A stretch of 64,000 bases of DNA. Source: Poseidonia sp. Lineage in GTDB: Archaea; Thermoplasmatota; Poseidoniia; Poseidoniales; Poseidoniaceae. Position 1 is the first letter of the stretch. Each line of letters starts with the position of its first letter. Of the stretch, positions 53,136 through 61,758 are shown in pieces. Under the pieces are notes generated by a model. The model was not told the origin of the DNA, ran no database searches, and worked only from the letters and a program-made list of their open reading frames with translations. The DNA lies in NCBI GenBank assembly GCA_965661285.1, contig CBFIDD010000002.1, positions 386,521 to 450,520 on the forward strand, in the 5' to 3' direction. The translations under genes were made by a program, and so were the position numbers.

Positions 53136-54080
53136 TCACGGGAGGCTAAACTGAGACATAAAGTCCCAGAGGATGGCAGATGACGGGGTGTTGGTGGGAT
53201 TACCGGAGAGGTATGGATTATGGCCAGAAGAAAACAAACTCATCAGCCTCACCTCGGCGTTCGCTGAACAATCTGAGTAGCCTCGGATATCGTAGTCAGC
53301 GGTGACCGTGATGACTTCAGGAAAGTCGCCACTGCAACCGTTGATATCGGACCAATACTCGAGATTCTGCATCGCACCTTTGTTGAATCCAACCGTGTTT
53401 TGGAACCAATACATGGTCATCCACGTGTTGTCGGCATAACTCACCGTTGTGTCCAGCACACCGTGGACCTCCATGAACGGGACGGGAGCGATGTATGAGG
53501 ACGGGGCATCTGTCATCAAGTATCCCGCCATGCAGCCAATGGAAGCCACAACACCTTGTGTCTCAACGGCAAAACGCTGTGTCATTTTGCATCCGTTGGA
53601 CCAACCCGTCATGTGAATCCTTGCTTCATCAACGGGATAGGCATTGGAGACCGATTCAATCACGGCTGTCAAAAACCCGACATCGTCGAGGTCATTTTCA
53701 ATGCCATCAAATCCCAATCCCCAAAATGAATCATAACCTTGGGGGTAGGCCACAAGAAAGCGTTCTTCAACCGCCAAGGCGGCAAACGAAGAGATGTTCA
53801 TTTGCGAAGCGCTGGTGTGCCCGTACCCGTGGAGGTCAAGGAGCAAAGGCACGGGTTCCTCGGGAGAGAGCCCTGCGGGCACCAAAAGCATCCAACAGCG
53901 CTCCACGCCTCGAAACTCGATGCATTCCGTGGAAAGGTTGCTGGCCTCGGAAGGTGGAGGCTCTTGCTCATTGACCTCAGTTGCAGGAACGGCTGCCTCC
54001 GGAAAGATGCAACCCGATACCGGGCAAAGCATCAACAGAAGCACGGACATCAACGCCGCTCGTCCCCGGGAATCACTCAT
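53136..54080 (-). CDS. PHB-depolymerase/LpqC-like alpha/beta-hydrolase lipoprotein
   Basis: LHGYG, VAYPQG, DDVGF, GWSNG nucleophile elbow, HG..D, GH; lipobox VSGC; GAGGTG SD. Confidence 0.82.
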   Translation of the reverse strand: MSDSRGRAALMSVLLLMLCPVSGCIFPEAAVPATEVNEQEPPPSEASNLSTECIEFRGVERCWMLLVPAGLSPEEPVPLLLDLHGYGHTSASQMNISSFAALAVEERFLVAYPQGYDSFWGLGFDGIENDLDDVGFLTAVIESVSNAYPVDEARIHMTGWSNGCKMTQRFAVETQGVVASIGCMAGYLMTDAPSSYIAPVPFMEVHGVLDTTVSYADNTWMTMYWFQNTVGFNKGAMQNLEYWSDINGCSGDFPEVITVTADYDIRGYSDCSANAEVRLMSLFSSGHNPYLSGNPTNTPSSAILWDFMSQFSLP

Positions 54081-54115
54081 GACCAGCACCTCAATCATCT
54101 CCTTGTAAAATGCGC

Positions 54116-54814
54116 TCATTTGGAGGTCGCTTCAACCGATACATCAAAGAACACAGCATCCCACGAGACCTCCACTTGCTCATCCGTATCAGAAACAGTG
54201 GGGATTCCCGAGGTAGCGGGTTCGTTGACGATGACCTCAATGTCCAACTCAAACGTCCCTTGCCCGTACGAATCATCAGACCATTCATCGCTCCAGTGAG
54301 ACGCATCCATTCCGGTGACGTTTTTTGATTGACCATCGTACCCTGGATAGACATAGAGGGTGAGGAGAATGGTTTCGCAATCCGATGAGACTCCGCTCAG
54401 TTCGTTGTTGCCGTTACTCCAATCTGCGGGGACGTCGGTGAGTGTGAGGTCGGCAGAAACGGTATCACACGGGTCAGCGAATTCTCCCGAGGTCTCTGCA
54501 TAGGAGATGGCGATGATGAGGCGCCCGAACCCGCTGTTGGCGTTGAAGAGTTCATCGGGTGCCGTGAAGGTCAACGTTTCCTTTTCACCGTCCTCAATCG
54601 TCCTTGCATCCGAAAAAGATTCGGAGGATTCCTCGAACACAATGGTGTAGCTCATTTCATCATCCTTCGCTTGAATCTCCTCGCCCATGATGAACCAAAA
54701 CACACTCGCATGGTAGAGCAAACCCACGGCCAGGACGGTGAGGTAGACGGTGAGGTTTCTCCGTGAACCATCATGTGAGAAGAGATCGGACAGGACGTTC
54801 TCACTCTGCGTCAT
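54116..54814 (-). CDS. hypothetical membrane-anchored acidic protein
   Basis: One N-terminal TM; start abuts the upstream stop codon. Confidence 0.7.
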   Translation of the reverse strand: MTQSENVLSDLFSHDGSRRNLTVYLTVLAVGLLYHASVFWFIMGEEIQAKDDEMSYTIVFEESSESFSDARTIEDGEKETLTFTAPDELFNANSGFGRLIIAISYAETSGEFADPCDTVSADLTLTDVPADWSNGNNELSGVSSDCETILLTLYVYPGYDGQSKNVTGMDASHWSDEWSDDSYGQGTFELDIEVIVNEPATSGIPTVSDTDEQVEVSWDAVFFDVSVEATSK

Positions 54815-54815
54815 G

Positions 54816-56120
54816 TTAGCCACCTCGCGTAAGTTGCAGTCCGATGATGACATCGAATTCCCATACATAATACGAGATGAGCAAGCTCACCAAGCTGTAA
54901 AGCAAACAGGCAATTTCGATTCTGCCGATGCTTCGTCGAGGAATATCAAGTTCCGGGAACCATCTGTTATCGACATTTTCTCGAAGTTGTGCCGTATTTG
55001 AAACGACGCTTTGGAACGATTTTTCTTCCCACCCCAACCCCAGAGCAATGATGATGCCGAGAAGCGCTGCCGTGATCATCTGATTGATGGGAATGATGGA
55101 TTGAACCAACTCAAGAATGGCGGATGTTGCGACCACAATCAAAATAATTGACATCGTTTTTGCCTGCGGTTTTGTTTCATCGTTGATTTCAATCAGCCCA
55201 AATCTGAGCAGGACGTACATGGCAATCAACGGTCGAATGATGGTAAAATGCATGCTCGTCGTGAAGGTCGCCCACAACTGGACGGCTCCATCTGTTTCAT
55301 TTTGCACGCCGAAGCCTGATGCGGTCCCTTGAGAATAGATCAAAAATCCAACGATACCCAACACGAAATAAGGCGCAATGATGTACAACAGCGTGTTCAT
55401 GTTGCCTTTCATGGCCTGGTAGATTTCCACGACGAGGATGGCGAGACCTGCTGCAATTCCAACAGCGTATCCTGCAACCCAGATGTAATTGGTAACATTG
55501 GAACTCAACATACCAAACGGGTCAAGGAAGTAAAAGTATTCTGATTGGAGAAGAAAACCAGGCCACCACATCCAAACATGTCCAAGAACGAGGGTCGTGA
55601 ACAAGCCAGCAACCAGCGCAATGTTTTGTGTGGAAGGGTTCGAGTCCTCAAGAGGAATCAATCGAAATTTGACGTAAACCGAACCCCATACGAGTGCGAC
55701 AAAGTAGTAAAACACGCCAGGGAGTCCGATGATGGTGAAATTCAAACCAATGACATCGAGAACAAGTCGGAACAAGGCAAGACCCGCAACGAGCCCCAAA
55801 CCGATTTTCATTTGCTTTATGTTCCTTAACAACGGAACCGGATAGAGCAAAGCGATGGCCATGATGCTTGATTCAAAGATGTAATCCATGGAGGCGGCGA
55901 TTTGGAACCAGAACTGCCACACATCCCCGATTGAATCTGAGTTCACATAACCGAATGCAGCGTTTTGAACGCCCTTGGTCACGAACATGAGGCAAAGGAT
56001 GTGGGCAGCCATGGCCTCGTTCCAAGGAAGGTTGACGTTCTTTCGAACGAGGCGGAGTGAGAGACCCCCCAAAGCAATGCTGAGGATTGCCCCAATAAAC
56101 AGGAGGTTTTCCTCGTCCAC
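54816..56120 (-). CDS. hypothetical polytopic membrane protein (about 10-11 TM)
   Basis: 434-aa highly hydrophobic ORF with GTG start. Confidence 0.75.
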   Translation of the reverse strand: MDEENLLFIGAILSIALGGLSLRLVRKNVNLPWNEAMAAHILCLMFVTKGVQNAAFGYVNSDSIGDVWQFWFQIAASMDYIFESSIMAIALLYPVPLLRNIKQMKIGLGLVAGLALFRLVLDVIGLNFTIIGLPGVFYYFVALVWGSVYVKFRLIPLEDSNPSTQNIALVAGLFTTLVLGHVWMWWPGFLLQSEYFYFLDPFGMLSSNVTNYIWVAGYAVGIAAGLAILVVEIYQAMKGNMNTLLYIIAPYFVLGIVGFLIYSQGTASGFGVQNETDGAVQLWATFTTSMHFTIIRPLIAMYVLLRFGLIEINDETKPQAKTMSIILIVVATSAILELVQSIIPINQMITAALLGIIIALGLGWEEKSFQSVVSNTAQLRENVDNRWFPELDIPRRSIGRIEIACLLYSLVSLLISYYVWEFDVIIGLQLTRGG

Positions 56121-56329
56121 GATTGATACACATCACGAATAAAAAAGAAGTTTTTGTTGAATCACTCCGTTATCGAATCAACGAATCCCCAGACAGATGA
56201 CGAGGAAACGGACGTACCAGTCTCCGCTCCCCAAACCCAAGTGGCTCAACTTGAAGCAACCATTCGGTCAGCTCACGCCTTGCTTCTAACAGGACTCATA
56301 GACGAGGCAACCAGCCTCCTCGCAGCCTT

Positions 56330-56406
56330 TTCAACCGGAGTTCAACCGAAGATTGACCGAGCGTTGACCGAAGTTCGGTCGAAGGTTGACCAAACATTGC
56401 CCAATG
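56330..56406. repeat. degenerate 11-bp tandem repeat x7
   Basis: TTCAACCGGAG TTCAACCGAAG ATTGACCGAGC GTTGACCGAAG TTCGGTCGAAG GTTGACCAAAC ATTGCCCAATG. Confidence 0.75.
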
Positions 56407-56424
56407 CAGAGAGGTGGTGATGTT

Positions 56425-57150
56425 TTGGTCAAGTTCGCATCGCTTCAAATCACCACGAACGCCAGCAAAGTGACGGTCAAATCGGGGAAATTTCGCCGTA
56501 GTATGCACGTTGCGGAATGGTCCGCCATGGTCAGTCAATCCATGGCCACCATGGTCCCACTAAATCCAAAGCCGAAACGCCCTTCTTCGCAGATTTACCT
56601 CGTTCGTGGACTCGGATTTCGACTGAAGGCTTGGGAAGGAATGCCGGATTGTTTGTTGCTGATTCAGCAACCACAACCACTTCCTGCACCAGTCGTTCCG
56701 GCAACCCTACCACCTCCTCCAATGTCGCTGAATTTAGGGAATGTACGGTTTGACCAGGTGTTGCATGCCGTCGAACAAAGCGTTCTCAGGGATGAGGGTG
56801 ACGAAGTAAGTATCATCGCCAAAGCAGGTGAAGAGGCTTACTTGACGGCGATGCGATTCGTCCAGCGCAACATCCTCCACCAAGAGATTTCGAGGCACAT
56901 TCCACAGGATGTGAAGATTGCCGTAGCCTTGCGAGATCGGGGGCGCTGCACCCACATCGACAACTTCAGGCAACGATGCACGGCAACGACGAGGTTGCAG
57001 TACGACCACCGTTTCATTCCCTTCTCTTTGGGTGGGCCGCAACGCATTTGGAACCTCACGCTGTATTGCGAAACCCACAATCAGGCGAAAAGCGACCAAG
57101 TGGATTTCGCCAAAGCACTGGTTGAATTCTTTGGAGGCTTGCTACCATGA
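56425..57150 (+). CDS. HNH endonuclease domain protein
   Basis: RHIP..VK..V..RD.GRC...C....LQYDH.IPFSLGG....NL.L.C..HN..KSD; TTG start after GGTGGTGA (alternative ATG 56404). Confidence 0.85.
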   Translation: MVKFASLQITTNASKVTVKSGKFRRSMHVAEWSAMVSQSMATMVPLNPKPKRPSSQIYLVRGLGFRLKAWEGMPDCLLLIQQPQPLPAPVVPATLPPPPMSLNLGNVRFDQVLHAVEQSVLRDEGDEVSIIAKAGEEAYLTAMRFVQRNILHQEISRHIPQDVKIAVALRDRGRCTHIDNFRQRCTATTRLQYDHRFIPFSLGGPQRIWNLTLYCETHNQAKSDQVDFAKALVEFFGGLLP

Positions 57151-57602
57151 GCAGAAACGCAAACGACGAACTTCCCGATGATTTGCTTGACAAGCTGAGG
57201 CTCCTTAACGAGCAACCCGATGACTATGATGCTGATACACGTCCACTGGTCTCGTTGAACGAGGACGACATCGGCACATTCCGCCCACCTGAACCAGCAT
57301 TGAGAGTTGGCGTTCGAGATTCTTCATACCTCAACTATCGTGCCTGGGGATACATCAGCGAAGATGAGCGTATTTTGCTTTCAGATGAAGGCGAGGTCTA
57401 CCTCAAAATGGATGAAGAAACATTCGGATCGAATGATGCATTGAGGATGATGTTTGAATTTGCATCAGATAGTGGAACTAGTGCGGCAAAAAAAATGATA
57501 AACATCAAGATTGGATTAAGGAAACTCATCTCTCGCCCCATACACAAAAGTGTCATAGAAAGAGTTTCAATCTGGCTGAAGAATGGGAGATTCGGCAAAT
57601 GA
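57147..57602 (+). CDS. hypothetical protein coupled to the HNH gene
   Basis: ATGA start/stop overlap; AT-richer than core genes. Confidence 0.7.
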   Translation: MSRNANDELPDDLLDKLRLLNEQPDDYDADTRPLVSLNEDDIGTFRPPEPALRVGVRDSSYLNYRAWGYISEDERILLSDEGEVYLKMDEETFGSNDALRMMFEFASDSGTSAAKKMINIKIGLRKLISRPIHKSVIERVSIWLKNGRFGK

Positions 57603-57694
57603 TGCTCATCGGCATTGAGGAAAATCATCGTGCGAAGGGGGTTCAAACACTTCCTCCCAATAACCTACTATATACCACGTCCATCGTTTAGGTC

Positions 57695-58798
57695 ATGCTT
57701 GGAGAAACCCCCGCATACAAAACAAGCCTGCTCAGTTGGGCAATCGCAGCGCTCCTGGTGGTCGTGGCCGCCAGTGGAACTGCGCTTGTTCTGAACAACA
57801 CCAATGGAATGCTTTCCGCTTCCGGAAATGATTCCGGCACCGATCCCGTTGAATCGGACAGCACCCTCTCACAAGATTCCGTCGAAGATGAAACCACACC
57901 CACTACTGGTGAGGAAGAAGAGGCATCCACTTCACTCACTGTTTCGGACGTGTCATTCGCGTTCGAATCCCTCAACTTTAGCGGTTCAGAGGATTTCTCA
58001 TTTACCCTTGAAGACGAAGAGGGGACGGTTTACGAAATCGCAGGTGACCAAGCAACCCAAGAGGTCACCGTCACCGCAACGTCTGATGACGGCACCGTTG
58101 AAACCGAGCGCATGGGCATGGAAGAATTCATGATCATGATGGAAGAGGAAGAAGACCCGTGTGCTGAAGAAGATGAAGATGATTGGTCTGATGAAGACGA
58201 AGACGACTGGTCCGATGAGGACGAGGACGAAGGCTCTGACGAAGACGACTGGTCCGATGAGGACGAAGACGAAGGTGCTGACGAAGACGAGGAGGACTGG
58301 TCCGATGAGGACGAGGACGAAGGTGCTGATGAAGATGAGGAAGTCCTCAGCATCACCATGAACTTCGAGACCGAAGAGGTCACCATCACCTACGTTGATG
58401 AGAACGGAGATGAGCAAACCGAAACGATGGGCCTGGAAGAATTCATGGCCGAGATGGAAGATGAAGATGATCCGTGTGCTGACGAGGACGAAGAAAACTG
58501 GTTCGACGAGGACGAGGACGAAGGCTCGGACGAAGATGAAGACGACTGGTCCGATGAGGACGAGGATGAAGGCTCGGGCCAAGACGAGGAAGTTCTCAGC
58601 ATCACGATGAATTTTGAAACCGAAGAGGTCACCATCACCTACGTTGATGAGAACGGAGACGAGCAGACAGAAACCGTTGACGCAGACGATTTCCATTCAA
58701 TCCTTGAAGAGTGGTTCGAAGAGGACGAAGAATCTGAAGACAAGGAAGATGAAGCTGCTCGGGACAACGAGTCAGCGGACTCCGAGGATGAACGCTGA
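57695..58798 (+). CDS. exported Asp/Glu-rich repeat protein
   Basis: N-terminal hydrophobic segment; DEDEDDWS repeats; 249-nt internal duplication; TATATA upstream. Confidence 0.8.
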   Translation: MLGETPAYKTSLLSWAIAALLVVVAASGTALVLNNTNGMLSASGNDSGTDPVESDSTLSQDSVEDETTPTTGEEEEASTSLTVSDVSFAFESLNFSGSEDFSFTLEDEEGTVYEIAGDQATQEVTVTATSDDGTVETERMGMEEFMIMMEEEEDPCAEEDEDDWSDEDEDDWSDEDEDEGSDEDDWSDEDEDEGADEDEEDWSDEDEDEGADEDEEVLSITMNFETEEVTITYVDENGDEQTETMGLEEFMAEMEDEDDPCADEDEENWFDEDEDEGSDEDEDDWSDEDEDEGSGQDEEVLSITMNFETEEVTITYVDENGDEQTETVDADDFHSILEEWFEEDEESEDKEDEAARDNESADSEDER

Positions 58799-58820
58799 GA
58801 GAAACCATTGAAGTGAAGCA

Positions 58821-60470
58821 ATGAGCGACCAGCGAATTGGGATTGGCATGAAAACGACACGGTACGGCACCCTTGCGATTCTCATCGCCGTGTTGTTGAT
58901 TCCGTGCCTGAGCGCTGTCACCGCATCATCCAATTCAGATCATCCTTCAATGGAGGATGAAACGGTGTTCTTGACCGATTGTGAGGTTGATGGGGCAGCG
59001 AAGTACAGCTTGCTTCACAATGTACCGCCAGAGTGGGTCAACATCCCTGAAGATTCCCTTTGGGATGAACATGAAGAGCTCATCTTCGCCTTTTCACCAA
59101 CCAACGTCAATCTCATTGATGTCGAATGGTACGATGATGAAACTCGAATGTCGGAACAATGGACGGTCGAGTGGCAACACCCACTGGCACCGGATGGAAT
59201 CGAAAACGCCACCGTCTTTTGCGAACCCGTGTACAGGACCAACGAAAGTCAGTTTGAAATCGTCGATGATGAACCGTTGTTGATCTTGAACAACTCCAAC
59301 AGCCGCAACCGTTTGCTCGCTGCATACCTCATGGCCGAAGACGAGGATGTCTTCTTCATGCAAGCAGAGGACGATGAATTCCAAGAATGGAAAGGGCAGA
59401 ATGCAGACTTGTATTGGCTTGATGATGAGGAGTATGTGTTGGTGGAGGAGGGGGATTTTGCCCAAATTGAAGCTCTCGTACTCACCCCAACCGCCGATGA
59501 ATTCCAAGTCGTTGACACCAATGATGGTCTCAACGTGACCACTTGGTTGAACACGACGAGCACCCATGCCTTGGTCTACGTGCTGAACGTCTACGACAAC
59601 GAGGATGGGGAGTTCTTTACCGTTCTCGGCTTAACGCCACAATATCAGCCCGTGAACAAGACGGACGAGCCGTTGGAAAACACAACCGATCGCAGCAGCG
59701 AGGACGAAGTTCAGCCAGAATCAACGTTTCAACCGGTTGAATCGGAAAGAACTGGAAGTGCTGGAGAATGGGTCGCCACCTATGGGCCAGCAGTGGCCGC
59801 GACGACCTCCGTATCCCTGGTAGCATTGACGTTTGCAAGTTCGGAATCGCTCCGCTATCCAATCTCTCGACGCTGGTGGGCGTTGCTTGGGCTTGTGCTG
59901 GCCACGAAACGGAAAACGCAAGACGGTGATTACCAGCGTGGAAAGATCGTTGGTGTCCTCTCGGTGAACCAAGGCATCCATTACTCGGCATTGGTTCAAC
60001 TGCTTGGCATGGGCAACAATCAAGCGGCCCACCATTTGAGAATCCTTGAGAGTGAAGGGCTCATTTGGCAACGTTCGGATGGTCGCTTCGTTCGATTCTA
60101 CACCGCCGACATTCCTCATCACTTGGCTCCCGAAGAGCTTCCTACGCCTGAAATCTCACTGGTCGAGGATTCCATCCCCCATCGCATTCTCATGCGACTG
60201 GCAGAGATGAGCGAACAACCGAGCAAGACGGTATCCGGACGATGGCTGTCGAAATCGCTGCGAATCTCGCAGCAATTGGTGTCCTACCACGTCAGGGTTC
60301 TGGTTAAGCATGAACTGGTGACCAAGCAACGTCAGGGCCTTGGCAATCATCTCGCTATTACAGCAAAGGGGCTTGGCATGTTGGCGGGCAACGATTTCCA
60401 TTCCGAGAGTTCAACAGAACCGATGCTGGCTCAATTTGCCGACCAGACGGCATCGTCTTCGGATTTCTGA
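58821..60470 (+). CDS. membrane-anchored winged-HTH regulator with large extracellular domain
   Basis: Signal peptide, acidic domain, TM, then RGKI...GIHYSAL...HHLRILE and QQLVSYHVRVL...IT.KG wHTH motifs. Confidence 0.8.
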   Translation: MSDQRIGIGMKTTRYGTLAILIAVLLIPCLSAVTASSNSDHPSMEDETVFLTDCEVDGAAKYSLLHNVPPEWVNIPEDSLWDEHEELIFAFSPTNVNLIDVEWYDDETRMSEQWTVEWQHPLAPDGIENATVFCEPVYRTNESQFEIVDDEPLLILNNSNSRNRLLAAYLMAEDEDVFFMQAEDDEFQEWKGQNADLYWLDDEEYVLVEEGDFAQIEALVLTPTADEFQVVDTNDGLNVTTWLNTTSTHALVYVLNVYDNEDGEFFTVLGLTPQYQPVNKTDEPLENTTDRSSEDEVQPESTFQPVESERTGSAGEWVATYGPAVAATTSVSLVALTFASSESLRYPISRRWWALLGLVLATKRKTQDGDYQRGKIVGVLSVNQGIHYSALVQLLGMGNNQAAHHLRILESEGLIWQRSDGRFVRFYTADIPHHLAPEELPTPEISLVEDSIPHRILMRLAEMSEQPSKTVSGRWLSKSLRISQQLVSYHVRVLVKHELVTKQRQGLGNHLAITAKGLGMLAGNDFHSESSTEPMLAQFADQTASSSDF

Positions 60471-60656
60471 GAAACAACAGAGGATGAGTTGAAATGAAAC
60501 TGAAACCGTGGATGGTCTCTGTACTTTGCCTCATCATCGCCTTACCGTTGGTGGCCAACAGCGCCTTCTCGGCACCCATTACCACCGCTGATCTCGGATT
60601 CTCACCTTCTTTCAGAAGGGCATGGGAAAACGCACATACCCGTTCCAAAATGAAAA

Positions 60657-60764
60657 CAACTGAAGGGACGGCGCAACCAGAGTGGCTGGACCGGTTCAGA
60701 AAGGTTCGGACTCCAAATCAACGAAGGGACGGCCTACACGCTTCGCGGGGTACGGACTTCAAAT
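60657..60764. repeat. imperfect direct repeats downstream of tRNA-Arg
   Basis: GAAGGGACGGC at 60662 and 60723; GGTWCGGACTYCAAAT at 60703 and 60749. Confidence 0.65.
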
Positions 60765-60770
60765 GGGGAG

Positions 60771-60844
60771 CGGACGTACCAGGATTCGAACCCGGGTTTT
60801 CGGCTTAGAAGGCCGAAGTGATATCCAGACTACACTATACGTCC
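60771..60844 (-). tRNA. tRNA-Arg(TCT), CCA not encoded
   Basis: GGACGTA...TTCGGC CT TCT AA GCCGAA...GGTTCGAATCC...TACGTCCG cloverleaf. Confidence 0.95.
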
Positions 60845-60887
60845 AGTCTTCGGGCTGAGCCGACCATACTTGAAGGGTGTGCCATCT

Positions 60888-61442
60888 TTACCAGGGGCGT
60901 GCGCACTTCAAACAGCGTGTCGGGCGGCGAACCGTCGTCCGTTTCCACGAGAATCCACACACCTTGCACGTCCACTGTTGCACTTTCAGATTATCCAAGA
61001 CGGCCGAGCGCATCTTCTGAAGCAGCGGTGAATCCTTCATCGCTGGCGAGGGTGCTACTTCGTTGGTCAATCGGTCGTGAAGGTCGGTGTGGAGCATAAG
61101 CCCCGCAGCATGGAAAAGTTCGTGCGCAAACGTGTGGCGGTACAGCGCATCATCTTCGAGCAAGGCAGGATGCAAGCCGATGGTGACTTCTCCGGGGTCG
61201 AGGCGAAGGCGACGACGACGGATAAGTTCGTTGCTGCCCTCTTCAAACCGAGTCATGCCCAAGCGGTCATCGTTCACGTCCAACCATTCAACAACAAAGC
61301 GGTCGGCAATCCACGGCAAGAACACGGCTTCAACATGACCGGAAAGGGCCGCAAGCACAGCATCCACCACGTCTTCGGGGACGCTGGGTGAATCGGTGGG
61401 TACCGGCGTGTCGGCGAGTGGCCCACGCTTTTCCTCGCCCAT
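60888..61442 (-). CDS. SprT-like zinc metalloprotease with C-terminal Zn ribbon
   Basis: HELFH..G..H; CKVC...CLKC. Confidence 0.75.
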   Translation of the reverse strand: MGEEKRGPLADTPVPTDSPSVPEDVVDAVLAALSGHVEAVFLPWIADRFVVEWLDVNDDRLGMTRFEEGSNELIRRRRLRLDPGEVTIGLHPALLEDDALYRHTFAHELFHAAGLMLHTDLHDRLTNEVAPSPAMKDSPLLQKMRSAVLDNLKVQQWTCKVCGFSWKRTTVRRPTRCLKCARPW

Positions 61443-61579
61443 GCTTAGGCCACGAAGCACCCCCTTCAAGAGGCTTGACGCTCACCTCCTCTGCGTTCTA
61501 TGCCATTGGGTCAGCGGGATGAAAGTCGGGAATCCTTATCATGGCGGGGCCGGTCGGCGGGTTGCGAAAGCACCCACAT

Positions 61580-61652
61580 GGGCGTGTAGATCAGTTGGAA
61601 GATCGCTACCTTGGCATGGTAGAGGCCCCGAGTTCAAATCTCGGCACGTCCA
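61580..61652 (+). tRNA. tRNA-Ala(GGC)
   Basis: Cloverleaf with G3:U70 pair; anticodon arm CTACC TT GGC AT GGTAG. Confidence 0.96.
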
Positions 61653-61758
61653 CTTCTTCTTTTGTTGATTTATATCAACGAAGTGGACCGTGCTGCCAAA
61701 ACCGATTCACTGCTCACCACCTCGGTTTTTGGCTCGGCACGTCCGCCACTCTATAGAA

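Larger units (their letters stand above)
56209..60782. mobile_element. putative non-autonomous element integrated at the tRNA-Arg 3' end
   Basis: CGGACGTACCAG at 56209-56220 and 60771-60782; TCCGCTCCCCA 56223-56233 is the reverse complement of 60764-60774; accessory gene content. Confidence 0.6.

Noticed and set aside
56154-56420. 88-aa ORF upstream of the HNH gene
   Set aside because: TTG start with little promoter room; it spans the putative attachment site and an 11-bp non-triplet repeat. Not excluded, but not supported
58140-58700. CRISPR-like direct repeats
   Set aside because: Repeats are in-frame coding repeats of the acidic protein; no cas genes in the window
56209-60782. Casposon or Tn7-like assignment for the tRNA-Arg element
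   Set aside because: No casposase, polymerase or Tns genes, and the ends lack TG...CA or 5'-GGGG termini
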